From assembly GCA_963756885.1 (NCBI GenBank), contig CAVWPG010000002.1, positions 1,977 to 65,976 on the forward strand: 64,000 bases of DNA, read 5' to 3'. Numbering within the stretch: the stretch's first letter is position 1; each line of letters starts with the position of its first letter. The DNA is from an uncultured Bacteroidales bacterium. Its GTDB lineage: Bacteria; Bacteroidota; Bacteroidia; Bacteroidales; VadinHA17. The notes below the pieces were generated by a model. It saw only the letters and a list, made by a program, of their open reading frames with translations. It ran no database searches and was not told the DNA's origin. Positions 9,876 to 19,978 of this stretch are shown here, in pieces. A program made the position numbers and the translations under genes.

Positions 9876-10797
9876 AGCGGCCTCCTTTCATCAATACACT
9901 GTTATAATTATCCCTGAAGATCTTTTTCTTCTGATCCTCTGTGGCTCCGGAGGCGAGTATCTTTCCAACACCATGATGATAGCAATTGTCCGTTCCGAAA
10001 AAGATCCGGTCCTCGCCAAGGTACCTTATCGCAAAATCAATAATATTCTCCTCGTTATTGCTTCCGCCTGTATCTGCATATATATTCGGACAGCCTGCGA
10101 GGGTCTTGCATTCATATTCCCAGTCGCCTCCCCCTGCAATATGAGCAAAATGGAAAGTTGCTTCAGGATATCTTCTTGCAGCATCAACCATGTCGTCAGG
10201 GGTTGTTGTATTGGGAAACCTTCCGATATCATACTTCATGCGGTATCCGGCCATGCCCAGCTGACAGAATGTATGCATGAAAACAATCATCTTCAGCCCG
10301 ATCAGCTTCTCTATAATGGGATAATATACGGGATCGTTGATCTTTGCCTGAGTATACCCCTTGTAACCAATCAGCCCAAGGTCCACGCACCTCTTCATCT
10401 CATCCATGGACTCCTTCCTGTAGAGCGGATTAAGGGTAAAAAAGCCGATGAACCTGTCGGGGTGCTTCCTGACGGCACTTATCACTATGTCATTGTTCTT
10501 CCTTACCTGCTCCGGACCTTCCGGATCACTGCCCGAGAAATTAGTTACCGGCATCGATATCTGCATCTTCTCTATTCCAAGCCTGTCAGCAATTTCAAGT
10601 TGTTTTTCAAGATCACCTTCAGGATGACAGTGAGCATCTATCTTCCTGTATTTCATAACATCCTTCATTACATCATACGAAGACAGAGCCGGCTTCATGC
10701 TCCCCTCGCCGCGGGAAAAATTCCCTGCGAGCATGATCCCGGCTGCCGAAAGGGATGTTTCCGACAGGAATTTCCTCCGGTTTATAGCTTTTGACAT
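9865..10797 (-). CDS. amidohydrolase-fold hydrolase with twin-arginine (Tat) signal
   Basis: The ORF track gives 9865-10875. The internal start MSKAINRRKFLSETSLSAAGIMLAG (Tat motif) at 10797 is more plausible. Contains the IDAHCHP metal motif. Overlaps the downstream gene by 11 nt. Confidence 0.7.
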   Translation of the reverse strand: MSKAINRRKFLSETSLSAAGIMLAGNFSRGEGSMKPALSSYDVMKDVMKYRKIDAHCHPEGDLEKQLEIADRLGIEKMQISMPVTNFSGSDPEGPEQVRKNNDIVISAVRKHPDRFIGFFTLNPLYRKESMDEMKRCVDLGLIGYKGYTQAKINDPVYYPIIEKLIGLKMIVFMHTFCQLGMAGYRMKYDIGRFPNTTTPDDMVDAARRYPEATFHFAHIAGGGDWEYECKTLAGCPNIYADTGGSNNEENIIDFAIRYLGEDRIFFGTDNCYHHGVGKILASGATEDQKKKIFRDNYNSVLMKGGRYGG

Positions 10798-10897
10798 GAG
10801 AATAATTTTAAAGTTTTGCCGAAAAGTTAAGCAATTCTGAATAAACTGAAAAGAAAAGCTTGTCTTTAAATGCAATAACAGGAAGTGCCTCCCTACC

Positions 10898-13507
10898 CTA
10901 TTCGCTTATGAACTTGTATTCAGGGATAAGGAGAGGTACCCCTTTTTCAACAACATATGAAACTGCAGTGTTTTTTCCCTGGCGCTCACTGCCATTGCTG
11001 TTTTCCTTTACGGGCGTCTGCACCCTTATGTCGGGGTTCATCCTGCTGATAAAAATCAGCGCGCGCTCCTTCGCCTCATCGGTAAACTTTTCGAATTGGG
11101 GATAAACAACCTTTATTATATCGGGCAGAAGACTCTTTTTTGTGCAGATAATACCTTTGGGCGTCTTTTCCGCCAGGTTGTCGGTAACCATTACAACAAC
11201 CCCGCCGGAAGGGATCCAGTTAAGCCAGCTCATTTCATCTCCTGCATTTTTCTCGTAACCCATGGCTATTATCGTTCTTGCATAATACCTCCTCAATCCA
11301 TCCTTGAAAAGAGGGGGCAGCTTTGTCTTTTCAATGTACGATGCAATAAGCCTGCAATTGTTGTAATGCATTGCATTATAGTTATAATCGGCTGCCGGAA
11401 TATTACCTGAGTTGTTGCCGAGCTGACAGGCCAGCAGTCGGGTCAGCGCCTTGAATTCTATCGAGCTTGTATCTATCTCCGGGTTAGTTTTTTTCATCAG
11501 CCAGCTTATCTGCTCCCTGTAATTATCCTTTTCACCCGGTAGTAGCTTCAGATCGGTCCCGGCAGGCATCAGCTCCTGAGGGATCACCTCAATCCTCTCG
11601 GTCACCAGCGGACTGGCCGCTACCGGCTTCCTTCCCTTAAAGGACAGCTCAGGCTCATAAAATAATGAGTCAGCGTCTGCTATTTTGTCTGCAATTATTT
11701 CGCACGATCCGGATGCCAGCCCAGCCGAAAAAACAGTGATCGTGATCTTCCCCGGATTTCCATCCGACCTTACAATATTTGTAACAGGCATCTCGATATA
11801 CCAGCCCTCTCCTGATTTCCTGTTGCTGTCGGCATATGTGGCAAAATCTGAAGGACCTGAAAGGCTTCCCGGACCATCAACCTTCCATTTAAGAGTGTTC
11901 TTTGCCCCCGCGATCTGATTTCCCCGGGAATCTGTTACAACAGCCTGCACAATGGCCACGGAACCTCTGTCTGCAGGAATAATCGAATGTGATGATCTGA
12001 CCGTTATCCTGGCTTCCGTTCCTGCTGTGACAGCTGCCGGTGACGATGAGGGTGAGGGCGCAGGATATATAAAATAAACGGAAGATGAATCGGTTATTGC
12101 CCGGGCCTTTTTAATGCTCCTTGTCGAATCCTCACCTTCTGCGAATTGCTCATTTTCGCCGGCAGCGGGTGTATCTCCAAGCCACCATGAAATTATCGAG
12201 GGATGGTTCCTGTCGCGTCGTATCATCTCGCTTATCTGCGATTTTTGCTCCGGTCCGGAAAAGCCATGTCCGGTAACTCCCGTGAAATCTTCCTCGGCAA
12301 TAATGCCCAGCCCGTCAGTTATTGAAAAGTCGGACGCTGTAGCCGGATAACCGATAATCCGGATGAAATTGCATCCCCTGGTCCCCTTCGCATCTGAATA
12401 ATCCATTTCAGCCATCCATGCCGGTACCGCATCCCCAAGCCACGGGTACTGATTGTGGCGGTCGATGCCCCTGAGCTCTGTCTTTTTGCCATTCAGGTAA
12501 AGTGCATTATCCTCCCCGATCTGAACTTTTCTGAACCCGAAGGTGGTTGACAGCTCATCCGTTACATCCTTCCTGCCGAGTACTTCAGAATGTATAGTAT
12601 AAAGACTGGGCTCCCCGGGCGACCATAATGCCGGGCTCTTTACAGGCTTACTTGTCTGGTCGAACATGAAAAGCAGGCCGGGCTCTATTTCAGCCTCCGA
12701 TTTGATTACCTGGATCACCTGCCCCTTCATGTCGCATATTGAAGTCTGTAGCAGGCAGCTTTTTTGCTGGGGATAATCGTTCTTCACCCAGGTTCTCACA
12801 TGTACAATCGCTTCATCTGCTGAAACTTCCGGTGTTTCAACAAATATGCCTCCCTCATGGGCTGCCGATCCCTGCATTGGAATATAGAGCTTATCCTTAA
12901 TTACAAGCCTTACATTCCTGTATATCCCGCATGACACGTTGAAACGGCCATCGGTCAGCGGATGTATCCTGAACTCATCGTTCTGGAGGTAATTGACGGC
13001 AACAGCCAGGAGATTATCGCCCCCATTGTTCAGAAAGGGTGTAATATCAAAATCGAATGAACCGTAACCTCCCTTATGGTCACCGGCATATTTGCCGTTC
13101 ACCCACACCTTGCAATATTTCTGTACCCCTTCGAACTCAAGGAATACGCTATGGCCGGACAGTTCGCTTCTTATCGAAAAATGCTTGCGGTACCAGCCCC
13201 ATCCTGTCCACCAGAAAGTCTCCCCTGTCTCTGCTGGACTTCGGGTGAATGGCCTCGCCTCCCCTGTCGTCCCGAAGGAGTTCCATGTATGGGGTATACT
13301 TACTACCGGCCACCTGGAATCGTTGAATCCGGGGGATTCATACCCGTTGGCTGCATTTTCTGATGGGAAATAGTTGAAAGTCCAGCCTGAATTGATGATT
13401 TTTTCAATCCTTATGCCACGAGGGTCATCTGCCTGTTTTTTTTGTGAGACCGAAAGAGTAATGAATGACAGGAGTGAAAGCAGAATAGCAATAACTTTCA
13501 TTTTCAA
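10898..13507 (-). CDS. GH2-like protein (sugar-binding and Ig-like domains plus an incomplete TIM-barrel region) with Ig-like domain and a roughly 250-aa C-terminal domain of unknown function
   Basis: 869-aa ORF with a signal peptide. GH2 N-terminal features are present (SIPHTWN, GGYGSFDFDIT, RDRNHPSIISW), but I cannot find the canonical acid/base NE or the nucleophile region (see findings). Confidence 0.65.
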   Translation of the reverse strand: MKMKVIAILLSLLSFITLSVSQKKQADDPRGIRIEKIINSGWTFNYFPSENAANGYESPGFNDSRWPVVSIPHTWNSFGTTGEARPFTRSPAETGETFWWTGWGWYRKHFSIRSELSGHSVFLEFEGVQKYCKVWVNGKYAGDHKGGYGSFDFDITPFLNNGGDNLLAVAVNYLQNDEFRIHPLTDGRFNVSCGIYRNVRLVIKDKLYIPMQGSAAHEGGIFVETPEVSADEAIVHVRTWVKNDYPQQKSCLLQTSICDMKGQVIQVIKSEAEIEPGLLFMFDQTSKPVKSPALWSPGEPSLYTIHSEVLGRKDVTDELSTTFGFRKVQIGEDNALYLNGKKTELRGIDRHNQYPWLGDAVPAWMAEMDYSDAKGTRGCNFIRIIGYPATASDFSITDGLGIIAEEDFTGVTGHGFSGPEQKSQISEMIRRDRNHPSIISWWLGDTPAAGENEQFAEGEDSTRSIKKARAITDSSSVYFIYPAPSPSSSPAAVTAGTEARITVRSSHSIIPADRGSVAIVQAVVTDSRGNQIAGAKNTLKWKVDGPGSLSGPSDFATYADSNRKSGEGWYIEMPVTNIVRSDGNPGKITITVFSAGLASGSCEIIADKIADADSLFYEPELSFKGRKPVAASPLVTERIEVIPQELMPAGTDLKLLPGEKDNYREQISWLMKKTNPEIDTSSIEFKALTRLLACQLGNNSGNIPAADYNYNAMHYNNCRLIASYIEKTKLPPLFKDGLRRYYARTIIAMGYEKNAGDEMSWLNWIPSGGVVVMVTDNLAEKTPKGIICTKKSLLPDIIKVVYPQFEKFTDEAKERALIFISRMNPDIRVQTPVKENSNGSERQGKNTAVSYVVEKGVPLLIPEYKFISE

Positions 13508-13662
13508 CTCTTTAATTATAAATAATCAATTACAATATATGAAATGTTTGAAATAAAATCAATCGGCAGATAAAATGTTTATCCCATATTATACAATGAT
13601 ATCAACAATCTTCCCTCCACAATTGAGAACCGGCCGGGGGAGGGTGAGAATATTAATGCGTA

Positions 13663-14032
13663 AGGGAAACCGCTGCTTCGCCCGAGAGTCATTGGCTGGG
13701 TCCCGCCTGAATGAAGCGTCAGGGTCGTGAGTCATGAGTGATGAGCAGCAAAAAGCGTAGAGCGTAGAGCAGAGAGCGCAGGCTATTATGATGCAGATTC
13801 AACAGATCTGCACTGGGTTGATGGAGGATGTAGGAAAAATTGAAATCCATTAACCGCAAAGGTCGCAAAGGTTTTACGCGGAGTACGCAAAGTCGCGATA
13901 GCTATCGGGATTAAATTCAATGCTTTATCTTTGCGTACTTTGCGCTCCCGATAGTATCGGGACTTAGCGCACTTAGCGGTTAAAAAGACTTCTTCAACAG
14001 CCCCAAGGGGGTAAGAAACAGAGGAGCACAGG
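13663..14032. repeat. mosaic intergenic repeat block R1
   Basis: Contains heptad tracts (AGCGTAG x4 at 13754-13781), a copy of the CAGATCTG 35-mer in reverse orientation, CGCAAAG words, and two palindromes (13894-13910, 13946-13962). Collinear in inverted orientation with 61596-61850. Confidence 0.85.
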
Positions 14033-14340
14033 ATTGTTCTTATGTTTGAAACAACCTGTCAGGAACAGTCAGGCGGATTTGATTCGAAAAGATCCTTTCC
14101 AGATTCCTTAACCTGACGGCAATGCCTTCGGGCCAGGTATAAAAGCCTTAAAATCGCAATAAAAAATCACAGCTGTGATAAACCTTTTTACAGTTCAACT
14201 GTTTCATATTATATCAGTTTCGGTAAGAGGTAATAATTAAGTGTTATACCGGCCCGGTTTAATATATGAAATTAAAATTCATCAGGAAAATATAAAATTT
14301 TTAAATTTGTTACTTTTACTTGTTTTTTATAAAAAAATAT

Positions 14341-14348
14341 TACATTTG
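14341..14348 (+). promoter_or_regulatory. Bacteroidota-type -7 promoter box TACATTTG (consensus TAnnTTTG) for the ilv-leu leader
   Basis: Exact match to TAnnTTTG, ending 14 nt upstream of the leader ORF start. Confidence 0.5.
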
Positions 14349-14362
14349 CATTCTGATTTTAC

Positions 14363-14431
14363 ATGATTATGTTGAAAAACACTTTAATATATATTATTAC
14401 CCTCGTGCTTCTCATTGCCCTGCGCAAATGA
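14363..14431 (+). CDS. putative ilv-leu leader peptide MIMLKNTLIYIITLVLLIALRK
   Basis: 22-codon ORF in which 12 of 22 codons are Ile/Leu/Val. Lies between a -7 box and an intrinsic terminator, just upstream of ilvD. Confidence 0.65.
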   Translation: MIMLKNTLIYIITLVLLIALRK

Positions 14432-14466
14432 ACCGGGAATAATATGTATTACTATAAATATACAGA

Positions 14467-14495
14467 AGCTTTCCGGGAAACCGGGGAGCTTTTTT
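14467..14495 (+). terminator. intrinsic terminator (attenuator) upstream of ilvD
   Basis: AGCTTTCCGG-GAAA-CCGGGGAGCT, a 10-bp stem with two G-U pairs and a GNRA loop, followed by TTTTT. Ends 16 nt before the ilvD ATG. Confidence 0.7.
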
Positions 14496-14511
14496 AATAT
14501 AAAGAAAGAAT

Positions 14512-16338
14512 ATGAAAATACAGCTTAGAAGCGCCAGAACGATTACAGGCAGGAACATGGCAGGAGCAAGAAGCCTGTGGAGGGCTAACGGCATGAAACC
14601 GGAGCAATTCGGAAAGCCGGTAATAGCCATTGTAAACTCATTTACTCAGTTTGTACCTGGTCATGTTCACCTGCATGAGATCGGGCAGTTCGTAAAGAAA
14701 GAGATTGAAAAGGCCGGCTGCTTTGCTGCTGAGTTCAATACAATAGCAATCGATGACGGAATCGCAATGGGGCATGACGGCATGCTCTATTCCCTGCCAT
14801 CGCGCGATCTGATTGCCGACAGTGTGGAATACATGTGCAACGCACATACCGTTGATGCAATGGTATGTATAAGTAACTGCGACAAGATCACCCCGGGTAT
14901 GCTGATTGCTTCGATGAGGCTTAACATCCCCACAGTGTTCGTATCCGGCGGGCCTATGGAAGCAGGGCGGCACGGGGATAAATATATAGACCTGATAGAT
15001 GCAATGGTAGCGGCAGCTGACAGTTCAGTAAGCGATAACGAACTGAGCGAGATAGAAAAGCTTGCATGTCCCACATGCGGTTCATGCTCCGGTATGTTCA
15101 CTGCCAATTCAATGAATTGTCTTAATGAAGCGCTCGGGCTGGCTCTTCCCGGAAACGGAACAGTAGTCGCCACTCACGGGAACAGGGTAAAGCTTTTTGA
15201 AAAAGCTGCCTCGCTCATTGTGGAGATGGCCAACAGGTATTATTCTGAAGGAGACGAATCGGTTCTTCCTCGCTCCATAGCAAACAAGGAGGCTTTCCTC
15301 AATGCGATGTCGCTTGATATTGCCATGGGAGGATCCACCAATACGGTTCTCCATCTTCTGGCCATAGCGCATGAGGCAGGAGTTGATTTTACAATGAAGG
15401 ATATAGACGAGCTCTCAAGGAAAATACCGAATATCTGCAAGGTGGCTCCGAGCTCCCATTATCACGTACAGGATGTTAACCGCGCCGGCGGGATCCTGGG
15501 AATAATGGGTGAGCTGGAACGCGCAGGCCTCATAAACAGCGCTGTAGGGAGGGTTGACTATCCAAGTCTCGGTGCAGCCATATCCGAATGGGATATAATG
15601 GGCGATAAAGCGATCCAGGAAGCGGGCAAGGTCTTCAGAAGCGCACCTGCCATGCAGAGAAATATCGTAATGGGCTCGCATGAGACATATTACAAAGATC
15701 TTGACACCGACCGCGAAAGCGGATGCATAAGGTCAGTAAGCCACCCTTACAGTAAGGATGGAGGCCTTGCAGTATTGTATGGCAATATTGCAACAAGAGG
15801 ATGCATTGTGAAGACTGCCGGAATAGATTCCTCCCTCTTTACATTTGCGGGCGATGCCGTAATTTTTGAATCACAGGAGGCAGCTGTCGAAGGGATACTC
15901 CATGGAGGAGTGAAGGCCGGGGATGTTGTCGTAATTCGGTATGAGGGTCCGAAAGGCGGACCGGGCATGCAGGAAATGCTTTATCCCACCTCTTACCTGA
16001 AATCGATGGGGCTCGACAAAGACTGCGCCCTTATAACGGACGGACGTTTCTCGGGAGGCACATCAGGCCTGTCGATAGGACATGTATCACCCGAAGCGGC
16101 ATCAGGAGGGGAAATTGCACTTATAAAGACCGGCGACAGGATTGAGATCGATATAGCAAAACGAAGCATCAATGTTGTACTCTCAGAAAATGAACTGAAT
16201 AAAAGAAGAAGTGCCGAGTTGTCAAAGAATGGGGAAGCATTCAAACCAGGAAAACGTGAAAGGGTGATCTCGGTTGCTCTTAAAACCTATGCTGCAAATG
16301 TAAGTTCAGCAGACCTGGGGGCGATAAGACTCGTTTAA
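14512..16338 (+). CDS. ilvD: dihydroxy-acid dehydratase
   Basis: 608 aa. N-terminus [23 protein letters not shown] and the CDKITPGM and [16 protein letters not shown] motifs are characteristic. Confidence 0.95.
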   Translation: MKIQLRSARTITGRNMAGARSLWRANGMKPEQFGKPVIAIVNSFTQFVPGHVHLHEIGQFVKKEIEKAGCFAAEFNTIAIDDGIAMGHDGMLYSLPSRDLIADSVEYMCNAHTVDAMVCISNCDKITPGMLIASMRLNIPTVFVSGGPMEAGRHGDKYIDLIDAMVAAADSSVSDNELSEIEKLACPTCGSCSGMFTANSMNCLNEALGLALPGNGTVVATHGNRVKLFEKAASLIVEMANRYYSEGDESVLPRSIANKEAFLNAMSLDIAMGGSTNTVLHLLAIAHEAGVDFTMKDIDELSRKIPNICKVAPSSHYHVQDVNRAGGILGIMGELERAGLINSAVGRVDYPSLGAAISEWDIMGDKAIQEAGKVFRSAPAMQRNIVMGSHETYYKDLDTDRESGCIRSVSHPYSKDGGLAVLYGNIATRGCIVKTAGIDSSLFTFAGDAVIFESQEAAVEGILHGGVKAGDVVVIRYEGPKGGPGMQEMLYPTSYLKSMGLDKDCALITDGRFSGGTSGLSIGHVSPEAASGGEIALIKTGDRIEIDIAKRSINVVLSENELNKRRSAELSKNGEAFKPGKRERVISVALKTYAANVSSADLGAIRLV

Positions 16339-16370
16339 AATCCATACGGCATAGCAGATTTAAAGGGTGC

Positions 16371-18176
16371 ATGGCACATTACAACATGATAATTACTGAA
16401 ACACATAATGACAATAAGACCAAAAGACAGCATAATATGAAGAGTGTAAAGGAAAAAGAAGAGACAACCATTCAGACTACCAGCCAGGAATCGGTTTCAG
16501 GCGCAGATGCGATTTTACAGATCCTTATTGAGGAGGGAGTCGATACCATTTTCGGGTATCCGGGAGGAGCAATTATGCCTCTCTATGACAAGCTTCTGGA
16601 CTATGAGGATAAAATACATCATTATCTGACGCGCCACGAACAGGGGGCAGCTCATGCTGCACAGGCTTATGCGATGGTTACGGGAAAACCGGGGATCTGT
16701 TTCGCAACCTCGGGACCGGGAGCCACCAACCTCGTCACAGGCATCGCAAATGCATTCCTCGATTCGGTTCCCGTGGTCTTCATAACAGCCCAGGTAGTAT
16801 CCTCACTCATCGGCACCGATGCCTTCCAGGAGACGGATATTATAGGTATATCGATGCCAGTAACAAAATGGAACTGCCAGATCAAAAAGGCACAGGATAT
16901 ACCGGAAACCATGGCAAAGGCTTTCTATGTAGCAAAAACCGGACGGCCCGGCCCTGTCCTGATCGACATAACGAAGGATGCACAAATAGAATCACTTGAT
17001 CTCAAATATACTAAGTGTACTTACCTGCGCAGCTATAATCCCCAGATACCACTGCATAAAAAGGCAATTGAATCGGCTGCCATAATAATAAATCACGCCG
17101 AAAGGCCTCTTATTCTTGCAGGACATGGGGTTCTCCTCTCAGGAGCCGAAAACGAGCTGAGGGAATTTGCCGAAAAAACAGGTATCCCCGTTGCCGTAAC
17201 ACTGCTGGGAATATCGGCATTCCCTACCGACCACAGGCTTTATGCAGGAATGCTTGGAATGCACGGGAACTATGGCCCAAACATTCTTACAAACCAGGCT
17301 GACCTTATTATAGCCGTTGGGATGCGGTTCGACGACAGGGTAACCGGCAATCTGAAGAAATATGCAAACAATGCCACAATCATTCACATTGAAATCGATG
17401 AGGCTGAAATTAACAAGAATGTCATAGTCGATGTCGAAATAAACAATGATGCAAAGGAGGCCCTCAAGTATCTAACACCTCTTGTAAAGGAAAATTCATT
17501 CGAAAAATGGATCAGGGAGTTCAGGATAGCTGACAAAACCGAGTATGACAAGGTTATCAGGTCAGAGACAAAGCCAGAAACAGGAGAGATAAAAATGGGG
17601 GAAGTTATCAGGCAGATATCCGATCTTACAAAGGGAGAGGCTATAATTGTCACTGATGTCGGACAGCACCAGATGTATTCGGCGAGGTACTATAAATTCA
17701 CAAAGCCCAACACCCTTGTTACATCCGGCGGGATGGGAACTATGGGCTTCGGCATACCTGCCGGTCTGGGCGCCAAGCTGGGCAGCCCCGAAAGCACTGT
17801 CATCACCCTCGTTGGTGACGGAGGCTTCCAGATGACCATGCAGGAGCTGGGGACGATCCTGCAGTATAAGATAGGAGTCAAGATAATTATTCTCAACAAT
17901 AACTTCCTCGGAATGGTAAGGCAGTGGCAGGAGATGTTCTTCGACCAGAGATATGCCTCCACCGAGCTTGTAAATCCTGACTTCGTCATGATAGGCAAGG
18001 CATTCGGAATACCTTCGAAAAAAATAGCCCTGCGGGAAGAGCTTAAGCCTGCCCTCACAGAGATGCTGAAGACCGATGGGCCCTACCTTCTGGAGGTCAA
18101 GGTTGAAAAACAGGGCAATGTATTCCCGATGGTTGAGCCCGGGAAATCGGTTTCGGATATAAGATTAACATATTAA
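16371..18176 (+). CDS. ilvB: acetolactate synthase large subunit (ThDP-dependent)
   Basis: [23 protein letters not shown] and [16 protein letters not shown] ... GDGGFQM ThDP motifs. The start is uncertain (16371 or the internal ATG 16437, MKSVKEKEE). Confidence 0.9.
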   Translation: MAHYNMIITETHNDNKTKRQHNMKSVKEKEETTIQTTSQESVSGADAILQILIEEGVDTIFGYPGGAIMPLYDKLLDYEDKIHHYLTRHEQGAAHAAQAYAMVTGKPGICFATSGPGATNLVTGIANAFLDSVPVVFITAQVVSSLIGTDAFQETDIIGISMPVTKWNCQIKKAQDIPETMAKAFYVAKTGRPGPVLIDITKDAQIESLDLKYTKCTYLRSYNPQIPLHKKAIESAAIIINHAERPLILAGHGVLLSGAENELREFAEKTGIPVAVTLLGISAFPTDHRLYAGMLGMHGNYGPNILTNQADLIIAVGMRFDDRVTGNLKKYANNATIIHIEIDEAEINKNVIVDVEINNDAKEALKYLTPLVKENSFEKWIREFRIADKTEYDKVIRSETKPETGEIKMGEVIRQISDLTKGEAIIVTDVGQHQMYSARYYKFTKPNTLVTSGGMGTMGFGIPAGLGAKLGSPESTVITLVGDGGFQMTMQELGTILQYKIGVKIIILNNNFLGMVRQWQEMFFDQRYASTELVNPDFVMIGKAFGIPSKKIALREELKPALTEMLKTDGPYLLEVKVEKQGNVFPMVEPGKSVSDIRLTY

Positions 18177-18180
18177 ACAA

Positions 18181-18280
18181 GATACTTCTGTGCTCCTCCA
18201 GTGTACCTCTGTGTAAGTTCTTTTTTAATTAAACAGAGAAACACAGAGAAAAAAAAGAGATACACAGAGGCTAAAAAAAA
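18181..18280. repeat. mosaic repeat block R2 (CTCTGTG / CACAGAG inverted words) inside the ilvB-ilvN gap
   Basis: CTTCTGTGCTCCTCC..CCTCTGTGTAAGTTCTTTTTT..AAACAGAGAAACACAGAG..ACACAGAGG. The same words occur at 41484-41612, 59983-60010 and 63095-63115. Confidence 0.8.
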
Positions 18281-18285
18281 ACAAA

Positions 18286-18852
18286 ATGAAACAGGAATAT
18301 ACAATATCGCTCTTTACCGAGGATCATATAGGAATACTCGGCCAGATCACAATCATCCTTACAAGGAGGCAGATAAACATCGACAGCTTCTCAGCCTCAG
18401 AATCGGCAGTCAAGGGGGTGCACCTTCTCACAATAGTTGTAAAGACAACAAGCGAGATGATCCAGAAAGTTGCGCGGCAGATGGAAAAGCTTGTCGACGT
18501 GCTCAAGGTTTTCGTACATACCTCCGACCAGATCATTTACCAGGAGCTTGCCCTTTATAAGGTAACAACCAAGGGTCTCATGTCGGGCAATATAATTGAT
18601 CATATAGTACGCGCCCATCACGCCCGCATTCTCGAGGTATCTCCGGAATACATTGTGATTGAGAAGACCGGACACAGGTCTGAAATTGCCGAACTGCTTA
18701 CTCAGCTGGAACCCTATGGTGTGCTGCAGTTTGCCAAATCGGGACGGATAGCGATTACAAAACAGGTGAAGGAGCTTAATTCATACCTGAAGGAGATGGA
18801 TGAAGCCAACAGGCTCAAGCCGGAAACCTTTGACCTGCTCTCGGAAAATTAG
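18286..18852 (+). CDS. ilvN: acetolactate synthase small (regulatory) subunit, ACT domain
   Basis: 188 aa. YTISLFTEDHIGILGQITIILTRRQINIDS is ACT-like. Position directly after ilvB. Confidence 0.85.
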   Translation: MKQEYTISLFTEDHIGILGQITIILTRRQINIDSFSASESAVKGVHLLTIVVKTTSEMIQKVARQMEKLVDVLKVFVHTSDQIIYQELALYKVTTKGLMSGNIIDHIVRAHHARILEVSPEYIVIEKTGHRSEIAELLTQLEPYGVLQFAKSGRIAITKQVKELNSYLKEMDEANRLKPETFDLLSEN

Positions 18853-18907
18853 CAGGTCCCTGAAACGGAATTAGTAGTTTTAATCACATATTTAATATTT
18901 AATAACC

Positions 18908-19957
18908 ATGGCAAAAATTGATTTTGGCGGAGTAGTTGAGAATGTAGTTACAAGGGAAGAATTTCCACTCTCAAAAGCCCGCGAGGTTCTTAAGGATGAA
19001 GTAGTCGCTGTAATAGGTTACGGTGTCCAGGGCCCTGCCCAGTCGCTGAACATGAAAGACAACGGGATCAACGTTATAATTGGTCAGGCACCCGAATTTA
19101 AAGCCGACTGGGATAAGGCTATTGCCGACGGCTGGGTTCCGGGCAAAACACTTTTCCCTGTTGAGGAAGCCGCAACCAAGGGTACTATCATTCAGTACCT
19201 GGTCTCCGATGCTGCACAGCGTATACTCTGGCCCAAAATCAAGCCATGCCTTAAAAAGGGAGATGCCCTCTATTTTTCACATGGTTTCTCAATAACTTAC
19301 AAAGAGCATACCGGTGTTATTCCGCCTGCCGATGTTGATGTTATCCTGTGCGCTCCAAAAGGTTCCGGAACAAGTGTCAGGAGGAACTTCCTCGCAGGGG
19401 CTGGCATCAATTCAAGCTACTCAGTCTTTCAGGATTTCACCGGCAGGGCAGAGGAAAGAACAATTGCATTAGGCATCGCCATCGGCTCAGGCTATCTCTT
19501 CCCGACAACATTCGAGCTTGAGGTCTTCAGCGATCTTACAGGTGAAAGAGGTGTGCTGATGGGCGCACTGGCAGGAATCATGGATGCTCAGTACCAGGTT
19601 CTCAGGGCCAATGGGCACAGCCCTTCCGAAGCCTTCAACGAAACCGTCGAGGAGCTTACCCAGAGTCTCATCAGACTCGTGGATGAAAACGGGATGGACT
19701 GGATGTACTCCAATTGCAGCGCCACTGCACAGCGTGGAGCCCTCGACTGGAGGCCCAAATTCCGCGATGCTACGCTCCCTGTATTCAAGGAGCTCTATAA
19801 AAGAGTCAAATCGGGCGAGGAATGCGTGAGGGTACTCAATTCAACGGGCGCACCCAACTACAAGGAAATGCTCAACGGCGAACTTAAGGAACTCGGCAAT
19901 TCGGAAATGTGGAGAGCCGGAGCAGCCGTGAGAAACCTCAGACCGCTGAAAAAATAA
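18908..19957 (+). CDS. ilvC: ketol-acid reductoisomerase (class I)
   Basis: 349 aa with VAVIGYGVQGPAQSLNMKDNG, CAPKGSG and typical KARI length and order. Confidence 0.95.
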   Translation: MAKIDFGGVVENVVTREEFPLSKAREVLKDEVVAVIGYGVQGPAQSLNMKDNGINVIIGQAPEFKADWDKAIADGWVPGKTLFPVEEAATKGTIIQYLVSDAAQRILWPKIKPCLKKGDALYFSHGFSITYKEHTGVIPPADVDVILCAPKGSGTSVRRNFLAGAGINSSYSVFQDFTGRAEERTIALGIAIGSGYLFPTTFELEVFSDLTGERGVLMGALAGIMDAQYQVLRANGHSPSEAFNETVEELTQSLIRLVDENGMDWMYSNCSATAQRGALDWRPKFRDATLPVFKELYKRVKSGEECVRVLNSTGAPNYKEMLNGELKELGNSEMWRAGAAVRNLRPLKK

Positions 19958-19978
19958 TTATTGAAAATAAGTGAAAAT

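Noticed and set aside
9742-10794. 350-aa plus-strand ORF
   Set aside because: Antisense shadow of two amidohydrolase genes. The composition is low-complexity and Cys/Ile-rich with no recognisable motif, whereas the minus-strand products have clear family motifs and export signals.
13663-14032. Possible CRISPR array, suggested by the many short repeats and palindromes
   Set aside because: There is no regular repeat-spacer periodicity and the repeated words are contiguous or mosaic. The same modules are scattered over more than 13 loci in both orientations. There are no cas genes in the window.
14167-14178. Perfect 12-nt palindrome TCACAGCTGTGA upstream of the ilv promoter
   Set aside because: It is a single occurrence and contains the common CACAG/CTGTG word of the repeat vocabulary. 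There is no second site or adjacent regulator to support an operator call.
14100-14511. T-box or riboswitch as an alternative explanation for the long 5' regions of the ilv, his, phe and trp units
   Set aside because: The untranslated leaders are only about 100-150 nt, which is too short for T-boxes. I saw no specifier-loop/T-box sequence or known riboswitch core. Each region contains a short ORF enriched in exactly the cognate codons.
14412-14630. 72-aa minus-strand ORF overlapping the ilvD start
   Set aside because: Antisense to the attenuator and the 5' end of ilvD. No support.
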